A DNA stretch of 63,753 nucleotides, the filler included, from Basidioascus undulatus (taxonomy: Eukaryota): the NCBI GenBank assembly GCA_000826855.1. It is 13 parts of 13 records of this genome, joined end to end, with 100 filler letters (N's around TTAATTAATTAA, not from the genome) between each part and the next. Parts side by side here need not be neighbours in the genome. Positions count along the whole stretch, not along the records: positions 23,204 to 26,381 come from JTLS01002488.1; positions 26,482 to 29,687 come from JTLS01002489.1; positions 29,788 to 53,865 come from JTLS01000249.1; 10 more parts are not named here. One strand, given 5' to 3'. Shown here in pieces: positions 24,732 through 35,331 of this stretch. Made by a program: the position numbers and the translations under genes. The notes under the pieces are model-generated. The model was not told the origin of the DNA. It saw only the letters and a program-made list of their open reading frames with translations, and did no database searches. How positions within the stretch are numbered: the stretch's first letter is position 1; the number at the start of each line of letters is the position of its first letter.

Positions 24732-25190
24732 CTATACGTAGCCACGCAGCTTCGTTGGGCGATTCCCGGCTCCATGTGGGGGGCGACGATGGAAGCAAGT
24801 AGTAGTGGCATAAGATCGCTTCCAAATCGTTACTCGCCACTGACCCTCGACACCGGTGCGGACGACTGATGTCTTTAGCCCGTACATCCGAGTCAGCAGG
24901 TTTGCGATGAACAGGCACTCGGCGTGAATGAACGAGTTCAGCGCGATAGAGACGCCTTGGTTGGTCTGCCGGGAGCCGTCTTGCATAATGAGCGCTGCGA
25001 GCCCGACCGGTGAGAAGAACAGCTCAATCCACTCCGGTACGCGTTTGACTGTGACGCCATCGACGACCGTGTAGAACTCTGAGTAGATCCAGTGCAGGCT
25101 CGTGTGAGTGAACAGGCTGAGTCGCAGGTTAACGCGTTGCACGCCCTTGTTCGTGCACTTTTGCCACTGTGGCCTCCGTTGTCGCCGTTG
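24732..25190 (-). pseudogene. LAGLIDADG homing endonuclease remnant (I-SceI-like/LAGLIDADG_2), C-terminal half with frameshifts
   Basis: HWIYSEFY..KRVPEWIELFFSPVGLAALIMQDGSR..GVSIALNSFIHAECLFIANLL..YGLKTSV..QWRVTIWKRS, then frameshift to MPLL-ASIVAPHM, then frameshift to KLRGYV*. Confidence 0.85.
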
Positions 25191-25754
25191 TCGCCGCGCT
25201 GGTTACAGCGTGGACATGAAGTGCAAGCGACCCTCCTGAGCTGGAATGTGGGCCTCTTCTTTCTTGAAACATTGGCTAGCCGAGAGAGGTGCGCCCAGAG
25301 TCATTGCGGAGCTGCCCTCGGAGTTCCTATTGCGGCCATCATGCATGGTTGCCGTCCCTCCCGCCGCCAGTGTTGCCCTCTCGAGGTCAAAGCGCCACGG
25401 TTGTACTCTCTAGGCTGCGCAAAGGAAAATTGCCCGAAATGAACTCAAAAGGTAGACATCTGTACCCTTTCTCCAAGTTTTGGGTCTACGCGCAGCAAGG
25501 GTGATTCCGGCTGCTTGTCCGAACGTGCTTCTCGCCGAATGCGTTGCGCAGCGACTGGGGGACAGCCGTGGCACTTAGTATCTGATAGCTTGGGTCTCAG
25601 AACGCTGTTCGGGAGCGCCATCAACGAGTTCTGGGTCATATATAAGGACAGGTCCGCAAAGTTCCCAAAAAGCCCATCTGCAGTGCCACAGTCCTTCGCA
25701 TCTCTCGACACACTCACTCTTCCCGCATCAACAACCTCACTCAGCCATCCCAAA

Positions 25755-26381
25755 ATGTGGTCCTTTACTCCAGCTCTCGCTATTCTCGCCATGTCTGCTT
25801 CCAGCTTCGCCCGCGCACTCCCGGCCGAACCCGGCGGGCTTTCCCGTCGAGCCGCCTCCGATAGCCCCCTCGCCCGCAGGCAGTTCGACGGCGCCGGATT
25901 CGGTGGACCCGGCTTCATCGGTGGGCCGATTGGTGGGAAGGCACGCAAGTTCGAGGACAAAAAGAAGGCGGAAATCAAGGGCAAGAAGGCTGAGGGGCAA
26001 AAGAAGAACGAGAAGGTCAAGGCGGCGGACCTCGAGGACTACAAGAAAAAGGAAGACAAGAAGGACGAGTTCGTCAAAGCAAAGGCGAACAAGAAGAAGG
26101 ACGCCCAGCGCGCGGACTTTAAGAAGGACGAGCATAAGAAGGCTGACTACGCGAAGAAGGAGGATGAGGACGACGTGGCGGAGAAAGTGAAGGGCTTTGA
26201 CGTCTTCAAGAAGGTAGGCCGAGCTTTGTCCCAGATCCGTTATCATTGTTTACTGAAACAACTCTTACCTTGGGGGATCGTAGAAGGACAAAGAGAGCCT
26301 GAACAAGAAGGAGGGCGACGGCGGCTTTGGTGGCTTCGGCGGGGGCTTCGGCGGGGGCTTCGGGGGGGGCTGCGGGGGGGG
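25755..26381 (+). CDS. Secreted Lys/Asp-rich and Gly/Phe-rich low-complexity protein, 3'-partial
   Basis: TATATAA at ~25639. Signal peptide MWSFTPALAILAMSASSFARA, two RR dibasic sites, a charged block, an intron at ~26214-26283, then GGFG repeats. Confidence 0.75.
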
Positions 26382-26481
26382 NNNNNNNNNNNNNNNNNNN
26401 NNNNNNNNNNNNNNNNNNNNNNNNNTTAATTAATTAANNNNNNNNNNNNNNNNNNNNNNNNNNNNNNNNNNNNNNNNNNNN
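26382..26481. other. Artificial contig spacer 8
   Basis: N44-TTAATTAATTAA-N44. Confidence 0.99.
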
Positions 26482-26794
26482 CATCTTCCGACTTCACGGC
26501 CTTCCACACGACATTGTCTCTGACCGCGGCTCACGCTTCACCTCCAAGTGGTGGACCGAAGTTAAACACCACCTCCAAATCAAGCCAAACCTCGCTACCG
26601 CCTTCCACCCTGAATCCGATGGCCAAACTGAGTGTGTCAACTAAATCCTGGAGCAGCACCTCTGGACCTTCTGTGACTTCCTCCAGGACAACTGGTTCGA
26701 CCTCCTCTCCATTGCTGAGTTTGCCTACAACAATTCCTTTCATCCATCAATCAGCATGAAGCCCTTTTTCACCAACCATGGCTACCATCCCTGC

Positions 26795-27140
26795 TGTCAT
26801 GTATCCGACTGGGCATGGCAGACCACAGCAGAGGCTACCAGCTGACGGGGCTTATGGTGGCAAGGATAGATTATGAGGTGGGGTAGGGCTAGGGTGAGGA
26901 CTAGGGCTAGGGCGGGAGTGGGAGCGCAAGACCAGATGGGGAGCAAGCAGAGGGTAAGGGGGGTTCTTATAGCTACCAGAAGGACTGCGTTGCCAAGAGG
27001 CTGCGAAGGGGCAAGGCTGGGGAGAGCTGTGGAAGGCGCAGCTAGTTGCCAAGAAGGGAAAATAATGAAAGGGAGTGTGACAGGGGAGGTGACAAGGGTG
27101 ACAGTTGTCAGGAATCGGACTGGCTGGGGTATTCATGACA
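26795..27140 (-). mobile_element. Solo LTR (346 bp) nested in the integrase, 5-bp TSD CCTGC
   Basis: TGTCATG...CATGACA termini; CCTGC at 26790-26794 and 27141-27145. Confidence 0.92.
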
Positions 27141-27785
27141 CCTGCCTTGACATCACCCTCTGTGAGTCCATGGTCCCAGCCACCCATGAACATGTGCAGT
27201 GTCTCAAAGAGGTCCATGACACCACTTCCACTGCTATCATAAACCAGCCATGCCTGCTTCACTGACTGACACTCTGCCCCTGTACCCAAAGACACCTTCA
27301 AAGTCAGCTACCAGGTCTGGCTCCTCTGTTCTTCACATCAAGACTGCATGCCCCAGTGACAAGCTCAATGATAAGTGCCTTGGCCCTTTCACCATCACCC
27401 ACGCCGTCAGCTGCTCTGCCTCCACCTCACCCTACCACTCTCCATGCACACTCACCCAGTCTTCCATGTCTCCCTCCTTGAACCCTACCACCTCAACACA
27501 CTCCCCTCCTGTTTGGTCTCCCCTCCACTGCTGCCCATTGTCAGCAGCAATGGTGAAGAGGAGTTCAAAGTCTCCCACATCCTCAACTCACATCTTCCAC
27601 TGCAAGCTCCAATACATAATTGACTGGGTCAGCTCAGGCCTGAGGAATGCTGCTGGGTCTCAGCTGACAACTTTAACAATAACAACTCCCTGATGCTTGA
27701 CTTTCATGCCGCCCACATGAACTGCCCCTCACATCAGGCCACAACTTCTCAGGCTCACAGAGGTCACCCTTAGACAGGGGCCTCC

Positions 27786-28122
27786 TGTCATGAACCAAGC
27801 CAGCAACACTATTGCCACAGTTTCTAGCAGCTTCCACTCCATTGCCACATTTTAGCAAGCTCTATCCCATTGCCACAGTTCTAGCAAGCTCTACCCCATT
27901 GCCACAGTTCTAGCAGTTTCTGCTCCACCCCCTCTCTCTCATGTATATAAACCCCCTGCTTAGCTAACCTCACTCCCCATCCGATCTTGCCTCTCTTGTC
28001 CCTAGTCTCCACTGTGTCCAGCCGTTGCTATCTTGTCCTGTCCCCAGCCAACCTGCACCTTTGCCACCCACCCTGCTGTAGTCCCTGCTGTGGTCTGCCC
28101 CTGCCCAGCTCAGTTCTTGACA
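27786..28122 (+). repeat. 3' LTR (337 bp) with internal ~28-bp tandem repeats
   Basis: TGTCATGAA...TTCTTGACA directly after the PPT. Four ATTGCCACAGTTCTAGCA-like units at ~27810-27920; TATATAA at ~27944. Confidence 0.88.
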
Positions 28123-28547
28123 GGGTCAGCTGAGACATGTCTCAGGGTCAGCCAAAGCATGTCTGAGGGTAGGACACAGCCCATCTTCGCTGCAGACAAA
28201 CCATGTTTGTGGTTTGGACAAGCCATGTCTGTGGTTCAGACAAGCCCTGTCTGGGGGTCAGAGAAGCTGGGGGGAAGACACAGCCCTTCTGAGCTACAGA
28301 CAGGAAACAAATCCTGTATGTAAGCCAAGACATGTGTCAATTTTGGCATACACATGTCTATCCAGCCAAATACATGTCTATTCAGACTGTGAGACTGGAT
28401 CAGACAATTAGACCAGACCAGATACCTGGTGAACACCCCCTGTCTACTACAGATACCCTGTGGACATTAGGTGTCTATCATAGCCAGACATGCTGTAGAC
28501 ATGTCCTGTCGGTGGCAGACATGTACTAGACACCCACCTATCTACCA

Positions 28548-28975
28548 TAAGGACCATCCTTTTACCATGGACAGAGGGCAAGGACTGTCTGTCTGCCTCA
28601 GCTAAGGACCATCCTTCAGCCAGGGACTATTCTTCAGCTAGAGACTGTCCTCCAGCCAGGGACAGTGCTTCTTTCAAGGGCAGTCCTTCACTCAATGACA
28701 GTCCTTCACTTAACAATCCTCAAGCCAGGGACAGTCCTTCAATCAAGGACAGTTCTTCACTCACAGTCCTCACATCAAGGACAGTCCTCCAGCTAGGGAC
28801 AGTCCTGCACCCAAGCCCAGTCCTTTACTCAGGGATAGTCCTCTAGTCAGGGACTATCCTTCAGCTCCAGCCAAGGACTGTCCTTGCATCAAAGACTGTC
28901 TGTCCTTCAGCAAAAGAGCATGCTTGAGCAAGGACAGTTGCTCATGAGAATGGTCCTTGAAATAAAGGACTGTTC
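28548..28975. repeat. Degenerate ~18-bp tandem array with palindromic core (A)GGACNGTCC(T)
   Basis: About 20 units, e.g. aaggaccatccttcagcc/agggactattcttcagct/agagactgtcctccagcc. I saw no CpG in the array. Confidence 0.85.
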
Positions 28976-29687
28976 ATCAACCACCGGCAGTCTGGGCATT
29001 AAAGGAGGCTCAGTCCATGTAGAACAGTCCCTCCCTCAAGATGTGCGCAACCAACAAACAAAAGTGCCCATCACCACCCAACAATGATATTGCAAAATAA
29101 AATAAAATAAAAAAAACCCTTTCTGGGGCATCATTGCAAGCTGAAGAACAGCACCGCCTCATCTGAGGAGGTCACCTGTAACAGCGCCGACGAAGCACAT
29201 AAAAATAACGCGTAGTAACGCCCTATAGACGGTAGCAAGTCACTGGCGCTAGTGAAGATTGCCAAATATATTATACTTCCTTGACTTCGCCCGAATCTGC
29301 ACCGCCTCTTGGCAGTCACCTGAAGAAAAGCATTCGAATTTGAAGTGACAACAATTGTCGATTTCCGGGACTGTGAGAGGGTAAGCGGCCAGTTCCTTGC
29401 GACGACCAAGTTGCACGTCGTCTGTAAGGCCTTCGACCCTTGTCGCCCTTTCCCGCCGCGCGGCACAGCGCCAGACCGAGTGAAAGAAGTACATCAGCAG
29501 CACACCCAATTAACAAACCCGCGTTTAGTCGCACACTCGTGTATAGCATACCACACGCCTCTTCAACCCTCGGCACCACCAGCGAACGGTCCAGCCGCCG
29601 CTTCCCTCTTCCTTCCTCCGCCTCCTACTCCTTCCCTCCCGCGCTCACAAACCCTCCCCGGGCCTCCTCTCCCCCCAGCCCATCCCC

Positions 29688-29787
29688 NNNNNNNNNNNNN
29701 NNNNNNNNNNNNNNNNNNNNNNNNNNNNNNNTTAATTAATTAANNNNNNNNNNNNNNNNNNNNNNNNNNNNNNNNNNNNNNNNNNNN
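29688..29787. other. Artificial contig spacer 9
   Basis: N44-TTAATTAATTAA-N44. Confidence 0.99.
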
Positions 29788-30454
29788 CATAAACGCGCCT
29801 GACTGCAGGCACGCGCGGCGGCAGTATGGGCAAGCAGGCTGAATTACCCTCCTCACGCGATCAGCGGACTGGCAGGCTACGCACCACATCGACTGATGGA
29901 AGGAAGGAGAGGACGTACCTGTTCAGCGTTAGCCAGAAACGGCGCAAGGCAAGCCCCGCATGCGCTATGCCCACACGGCACCATCGCGCACGGCCCCGCC
30001 AATGAGCTCGAAGCAGCTGCCCAGCCCCGCGTCCGCATCTCATCAGCCCTCTTACACTTCCATATATTGTTCAAAGCCTGACTACACACATCATGCAGCT
30101 CAGCGTATCCTCCGCCAACATGAGCGCATCCAGCTCGCTCGGCGCCGGCGGGGCTGGGGGCGGGGCGGCAGCAGCCGTGGCGGCGACGACCTTGTCCGCG
30201 GCGGCCTCCAGCTCGAGCTGGTCGACGAGCGCGTCCGCCGCCTCGAGGTCGATCTGCCCGGAGGAGTCATCGATGTTTTGAACCGCGGAGGACGGGGGTT
30301 CGAAGCGCGAGGAGGAGGGCGAAGGAGACGGCGAGCGGCGAAGGTGCTTGGAGGGCGTGTCCGGTGAGGGGGAGCGCCCGCGCTTGGATGGGGAGGTTGA
30401 GGTTGACGGTGGACCATCTGGGGGTGGGTTGAGTGATGGAGAAGGGCCGTCCAT
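29788..30454 (-). CDS. RING-finger (C3HC4-type) protein, 3'-partial, apparent 1-nt frameshift
   Basis: EDTLSCMI|CFELI, then frameshift to PCAMVPCGHSACGACL..|PACPYCR. Confidence 0.7.
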
Positions 30455-31916
30455 CGCGGATCGCGACGAGAGGGAGGACTGGAGCTGCTGCGAGAAAGGA
30501 AGGTGGGACAAGTGGAGAGGGTCAGTGAGAGTGTAAGCGGGACAAGCCTCGTCGTTGCCGCCGGAGTCGTTCGAAAGTCCCGGCGTGGAATTTCAAAGCA
30601 GATCACGGCCACGATTACGGCGTGTACACGGTGTACCACCGCACCGTCGAGGCCGGTTCGCCAGACACCGCGCCGGGCAACGATTCCAATCGAAGACGAC
30701 CAAACGCGACTCACTCAACCCGAGTATGCGTGTTTACTACTCTATCCTGGTGCTGAGAACGAAGTACGCCGCCCAGGACCTACGCACGAGCGAAAGATGC
30801 TACCCGGAACGAAGGAAACGATCCAGAGCAGCGCGGTCTTCCTTTCGTCAAGAAGGCGGTGACGGTCAAGAGCAAGGTGCGCTCCCCCTCTGGCTCACTC
30901 ACCTTCAGCGATAGCATGGCATCCCCTGGAACATGTGATTTTGATTTTGATATTGCACTGCAGATGTCTGTCCGTCAGTGTCTGAGTGTATGAGCGTTTG
31001 ATGCTGATTTCGAACATCACAATGGGCATTCCGAGCATCCTGCCCGCAACGAGGCTCTGCACGTTGGTCCTCGTCGTACTTGCGTGCTGCGACGTTGGAT
31101 GACCACACCCAGCTTCCTCGGCGCGACTGGCCAAGTTGTCATACAGCTTAGCGAGTTGACCAACTGAAACCATTTAGTCTGCACGATTTTAATTTCATCT
31201 TCGTACAGGCAGGTGCCACGACAGAGCGAGCTGCATTATAGGTCTGTAATTGCAGCACCCTTCAAGGGTGGGCCTCTGCTTCCCTTCGCAGCGGCGGCAT
31301 GAGGACTATGGAGTTGCTTGTGTTGGGGAGGTGAGTTCATCCTTCGTTGCCCGATCGTATCCTCCCGTCAACAAAGTCTACGACCTTTTTGTTTCCGCCT
31401 CCCTCCCCTTGATGCTAACTCTCTTGCGGGAGCCCTCTGGCACTCCTGCCTGGCATCCCAGCTTGAGCTGCCCCATAACATCGCGGTTCATTCGTCGTCC
31501 AAGTTTGAACGGATGTTCATGTTTGGTCGTCTTTCATGCCCTGCCAGTGCTTTTCAAATCGTACCTACCATACCGTGCATGTGGCTAGCGCCGACAGCCC
31601 AGACTTGGGACAGCTGCATTGTACTGGCGATACGATGGTGGCCGTGACCGTGACGCCTTGACCATGACCGTGACCGTGACCGATACAAGACCGCTGTATG
31701 GGAGAGCCACAACACTGAAGAGCAGAGCAAGATGCGATGGAGAGGAAGAGTGTCCATGTCAAGTGCGAAAAGAAGCAAGAGCAGCTCGAAAACGAGGACG
31801 AAAAACAAACAACATGATAGAAACAAAAGCAAGGAAGAAGGAAGTACAAGGGCGGACACCTGAGAGGAGACAAAAGAGAAAAGCGAGATCCAGCGCGCTC
31901 TACTGTAACTGATTTC

Positions 31917-33745
31917 TCACTCGCCCGCCCTAACCCTCTTATGATCCAGCCTGTCCTCCTCCCCGCCCTCGCCCTCCTCCGCCCCCGGCGCGCCCTCTTC
32001 CTCGTCCTCCTCTAGCGGGCGCTTGACCACCCCACCGCCAGGGTGAAGGCCGTTCGTGTGGGGCTGGTGCGTGGGGGAGAAGGACGATGCGCTATGCAGG
32101 GAGGGGTCGATGTGCGGTGATGCTTGGGGCTGTTGTTGAGGCGGGGGCGGGGGCTGGGAGGGATGTTGCGCTTGTCCCAGCTGGGGCTGGGTGACCTGGA
32201 GTTGCGACGGCGGCGGGCGCATAACAGGCCACTGGAACGCATTCCCCCCTCCTCCCAATCCGCCCAGCGCGTCCTGCGCCTGCGCACCCCCGCCCGCGCC
32301 TGCCGCAGCCAGGCCGAACGGGTCGAGCCCGAGGATCTGGGACGCGTAGGACGGGTACGCGCCCGTGAGGATTCCCCACGGGTCAGACTGCGCGGCGGAG
32401 GGCGGCGCGGGCGGAGGGACCGTGGGCGGCCCGCCGTACGGCGACTGCGAGTGCGAAGAGGGGCCGGACGGCGGAGCGTGTGGGGAGAGGAGCGGGTGCT
32501 GTGCCTGTGCATAGGCGAAGGGGTGCAGGGCTGGGTGCGGGGGCGGGTGAGGTCGCTGAAGTCGGGGTGGTTGGGGTTCAGCAGGAGAAGGGAAGAGGAA
32601 GTGATGCGGGGAAGCCTCACCCTATCCTCGCCCCCCGGTGCGGAGGGCTGGGCCGCATACAGCTCCTCCGGGTGGAGGCTGCGGTACGCGAGCTGGGCGT
32701 ACGACGGCTGGGGCGCCGCGCCGGGCGGGACGGCGTGCGCGTGCGCGTGCGCCGCTTGGGTGAGGTGCGGCGGGATGCCGGCGAGGTTAAGGTACGAGGG
32801 GAGGAGGGGCGCGTGCGCGTGCGCGTACGGGTTCGAGGGGTCGAAGTGCGTCGGCGGGGGCGGGGGCGCGTAGCCGTGCACTTGGGCGGACTCTGCGTTC
32901 CCTCTCCACGTCAACATACTCCTAAAGTTACAAGGTGGGTTGGGAAAGCGACGCACCAACGCTCTTGGCTTTTGCCTTTGCGGCCGCGGCAGCGAGCGCG
33001 GCCTTCCCCTTCCCCTTGGGCGGGGCAGGCGTCGCGGACGATTCGTGGCCCCCTCCGTCTGCGCCGCCCGCGTCCGTGTTCGTCCCTGACGGGCCCGCCG
33101 CGTCGTCGTCAGAGTCGTCCGCGTCGCCTTCCGCTTTCTGCTGGAAGTCCTTCGGGCCTTTCCGCTCTGGCTCGCCTTGGTACTGTGGGGGGAGGGAGAT
33201 CAGCGGAGAAGGAAGGCGGAGGGAAGGACTGAGGGCGGAGGGGAATGGAGGACGGACCTCGGTGTACCGCAAGAGGGTCTGGTCGATGTTGTTGCTGGAG
33301 AACTCGAAGAGCTTGCCGTTGTGGCCTACACACCACACCACCCGCGACGCGTCAGAGGTACCCTCCGTCTTCCCTCGCGTCCAAACTACCCACCGAAAAC
33401 GATCACCGCGACCTAGACGCAGAATTATGGAGCATGAGCAGCTGGTTGGGGGTGGAACGAGAAGAGGGGGGGGGGTGAGAAGACACACATCCGCAGAGCA
33501 GAGCACGCCGAGCTCGTACGCCTTCTTGAAGAGGCCGGCTTTCCTGCACACCCACACCCAACATGAGTCTCCCAATCTCACCATCCACAAACGACCACAG
33601 GAGTACTCACCGCTTGAGGAATGTAACCGAGCGATTGCGGTCATCCTGCAGCGCCCAGCTAAGCGACGCGTCTCGTCGAACGGGAGAGCAAGAGCAAGGG
33701 GCCACTCACCCGGAGCGGGCGGATCTCGATCTTCTTGCGGCCCAT
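31917..33745 (-). CDS. MEF2-type MADS-box transcription factor (Rlm1-like), spliced
   Basis: MGRKKIEIRPL..DDRNRSVTFLKR|KAGLFKKAYELGVLCSAD|VAVIVF|GHNGKLFEFSS..DQTLLRYTE, followed by a P/Q/A-rich tail. Confidence 0.93.
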
Positions 33746-35331
33746 ATCCGTGTATCCGCGTGCGTGTGTGCGTTCGATTCAATCGATGGAAGGGAGGGTG
33801 TGCTTGGCAGGGGAAGGGGCAGCAGCGATGGTCTTTTTTCGAGCCTTGGCGGGATATAAGGGGGTGTGGACGGGGACGACTTTAGGTAGCGTGAAGGCGG
33901 GGGCGTGTTTCTGTTGCGGGCAGGAAGGCGTATGCCCGCGCGCGGAGGAAGGGATCGCCGATGGAGGGCCCGGGGAAGGTGTTTGGTATATGCGTGCGCC
34001 GGGCTGGCTGATATGCGGTGAAAAGACAGACGAAAGGGGGTGTAGCGGAAGCACCAGAGACCACGTCGTCGTCGTCGATGCGATGTGCGGGCGGGCGCGG
34101 ACGGGCGGGGGAGCGAGAGCGCGCCGCTGCGCGCTGACTGACAGCTGAGCCAGTCACGGCGCTCCTGTCCGGCTCTCCCGCCGGCAGCAAAACGGCCGTT
34201 AACTAGAGTTCGGCACGGCCCTGGGCTCGACCTGCTCGGGGGTCGGCACGGCGCTCGGGTCATGGAGGAGACTGTCAATGCGACGATGCGCGTTTGCATT
34301 TGTCAGCTTGCACCAGTGACTGTAAGACTCCCCGTCCGTGAGTTCGAGGTGGAAGGGCAAATGTGCGAAGGAGAACCGACGTGGTTTGAGAGTGGTTTCT
34401 CGTCTCGGAACACCTCCGCTTGGCGATGGGGAGCCCCGAGGCTGAGGACGTCTCTCATTCAAGTGTGCGTGTTTCGTACCAGCCTCAGATGCGAAGACTA
34501 AGCGGACACACTTCCTTACGACCGGCAGGCTGCTCCATGTGGCCACGGTACACTCATGAGGCTCACACTGAACGACGACCAAGATAATGGATTGACTCGG
34601 ATCCAAAGAATGCTTGTGCTGATCCATGGTGGTAATAAAAGTAGTGTGGGAGGATGCCTGCGCACCAGAAGGTTATGTGCGCTGTGCATGCTGGGATGCG
34701 CGCGCACTTGCACTGCGCCGCATGATCCTGAGAAGACGGCAGACGATCGGGAAGGATAGACCGAGTTGAAGGTGGAGGTGGGGGGCTGGAAGGACCTCCC
34801 TAAGGGTGTAGGTGTGCTTGACCATGTGCGTGCGCGGTGGTGCGTATGAGATCCGGACCGAGGCAGCGCCTGCTTTCACCAACTTCCACACTGCAGTAAC
34901 TAGTGACAAACCTAGCGCGGCCAACTCACCCGCCCGCGCGTGTATACAAATCATATACTCTTAGAAGAATTTGGTATAATCACTTCTATTAAGCGTGATT
35001 TCGGTGGGTGTCGGGCGGCAGGTCGGAACGTCTGAATCATGACTGATGGAACTGCGTGAATGAGCCGCCGCCAAGTGGGACATTGGGCGTCGCCCTGTGT
35101 CGTCTTCTCTCTTCCCATTCATCAGGTATTCGAACAACGCAAGATTGATTAGTCGCAGTTGCTTGCAGTAGCAATTGCCTTCTCACTGTCAAGCCATGAA
35201 TATTCCCCGGCCCGATCACACGATAACGCAAGTTCCCACGCGACGCCCAACCCATTAACCCACGCCTTCTCCCTTCTCCCTTGCCCTTCTTCCTCTGCCA
35301 CCGCAATTCCACAACGAGCACCTCTAATAGC

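Larger units (their letters stand above)
26482..28122 (+). mobile_element. Degenerate Ty3/Gypsy chromovirus 3' portion: integrase, GPF motif, chromodomain, PPT, 3' LTR
   Basis: [84 protein letters not shown], all with stops or frameshifts. Purine tract at ~27772-27780. Confidence 0.93.

Noticed and set aside
28548..28975. CRISPR-like array
   Set aside because: The period is only ~18 bp, there are no unique spacers or cas genes, the units are degenerate, and the context is a eukaryotic TE nest.
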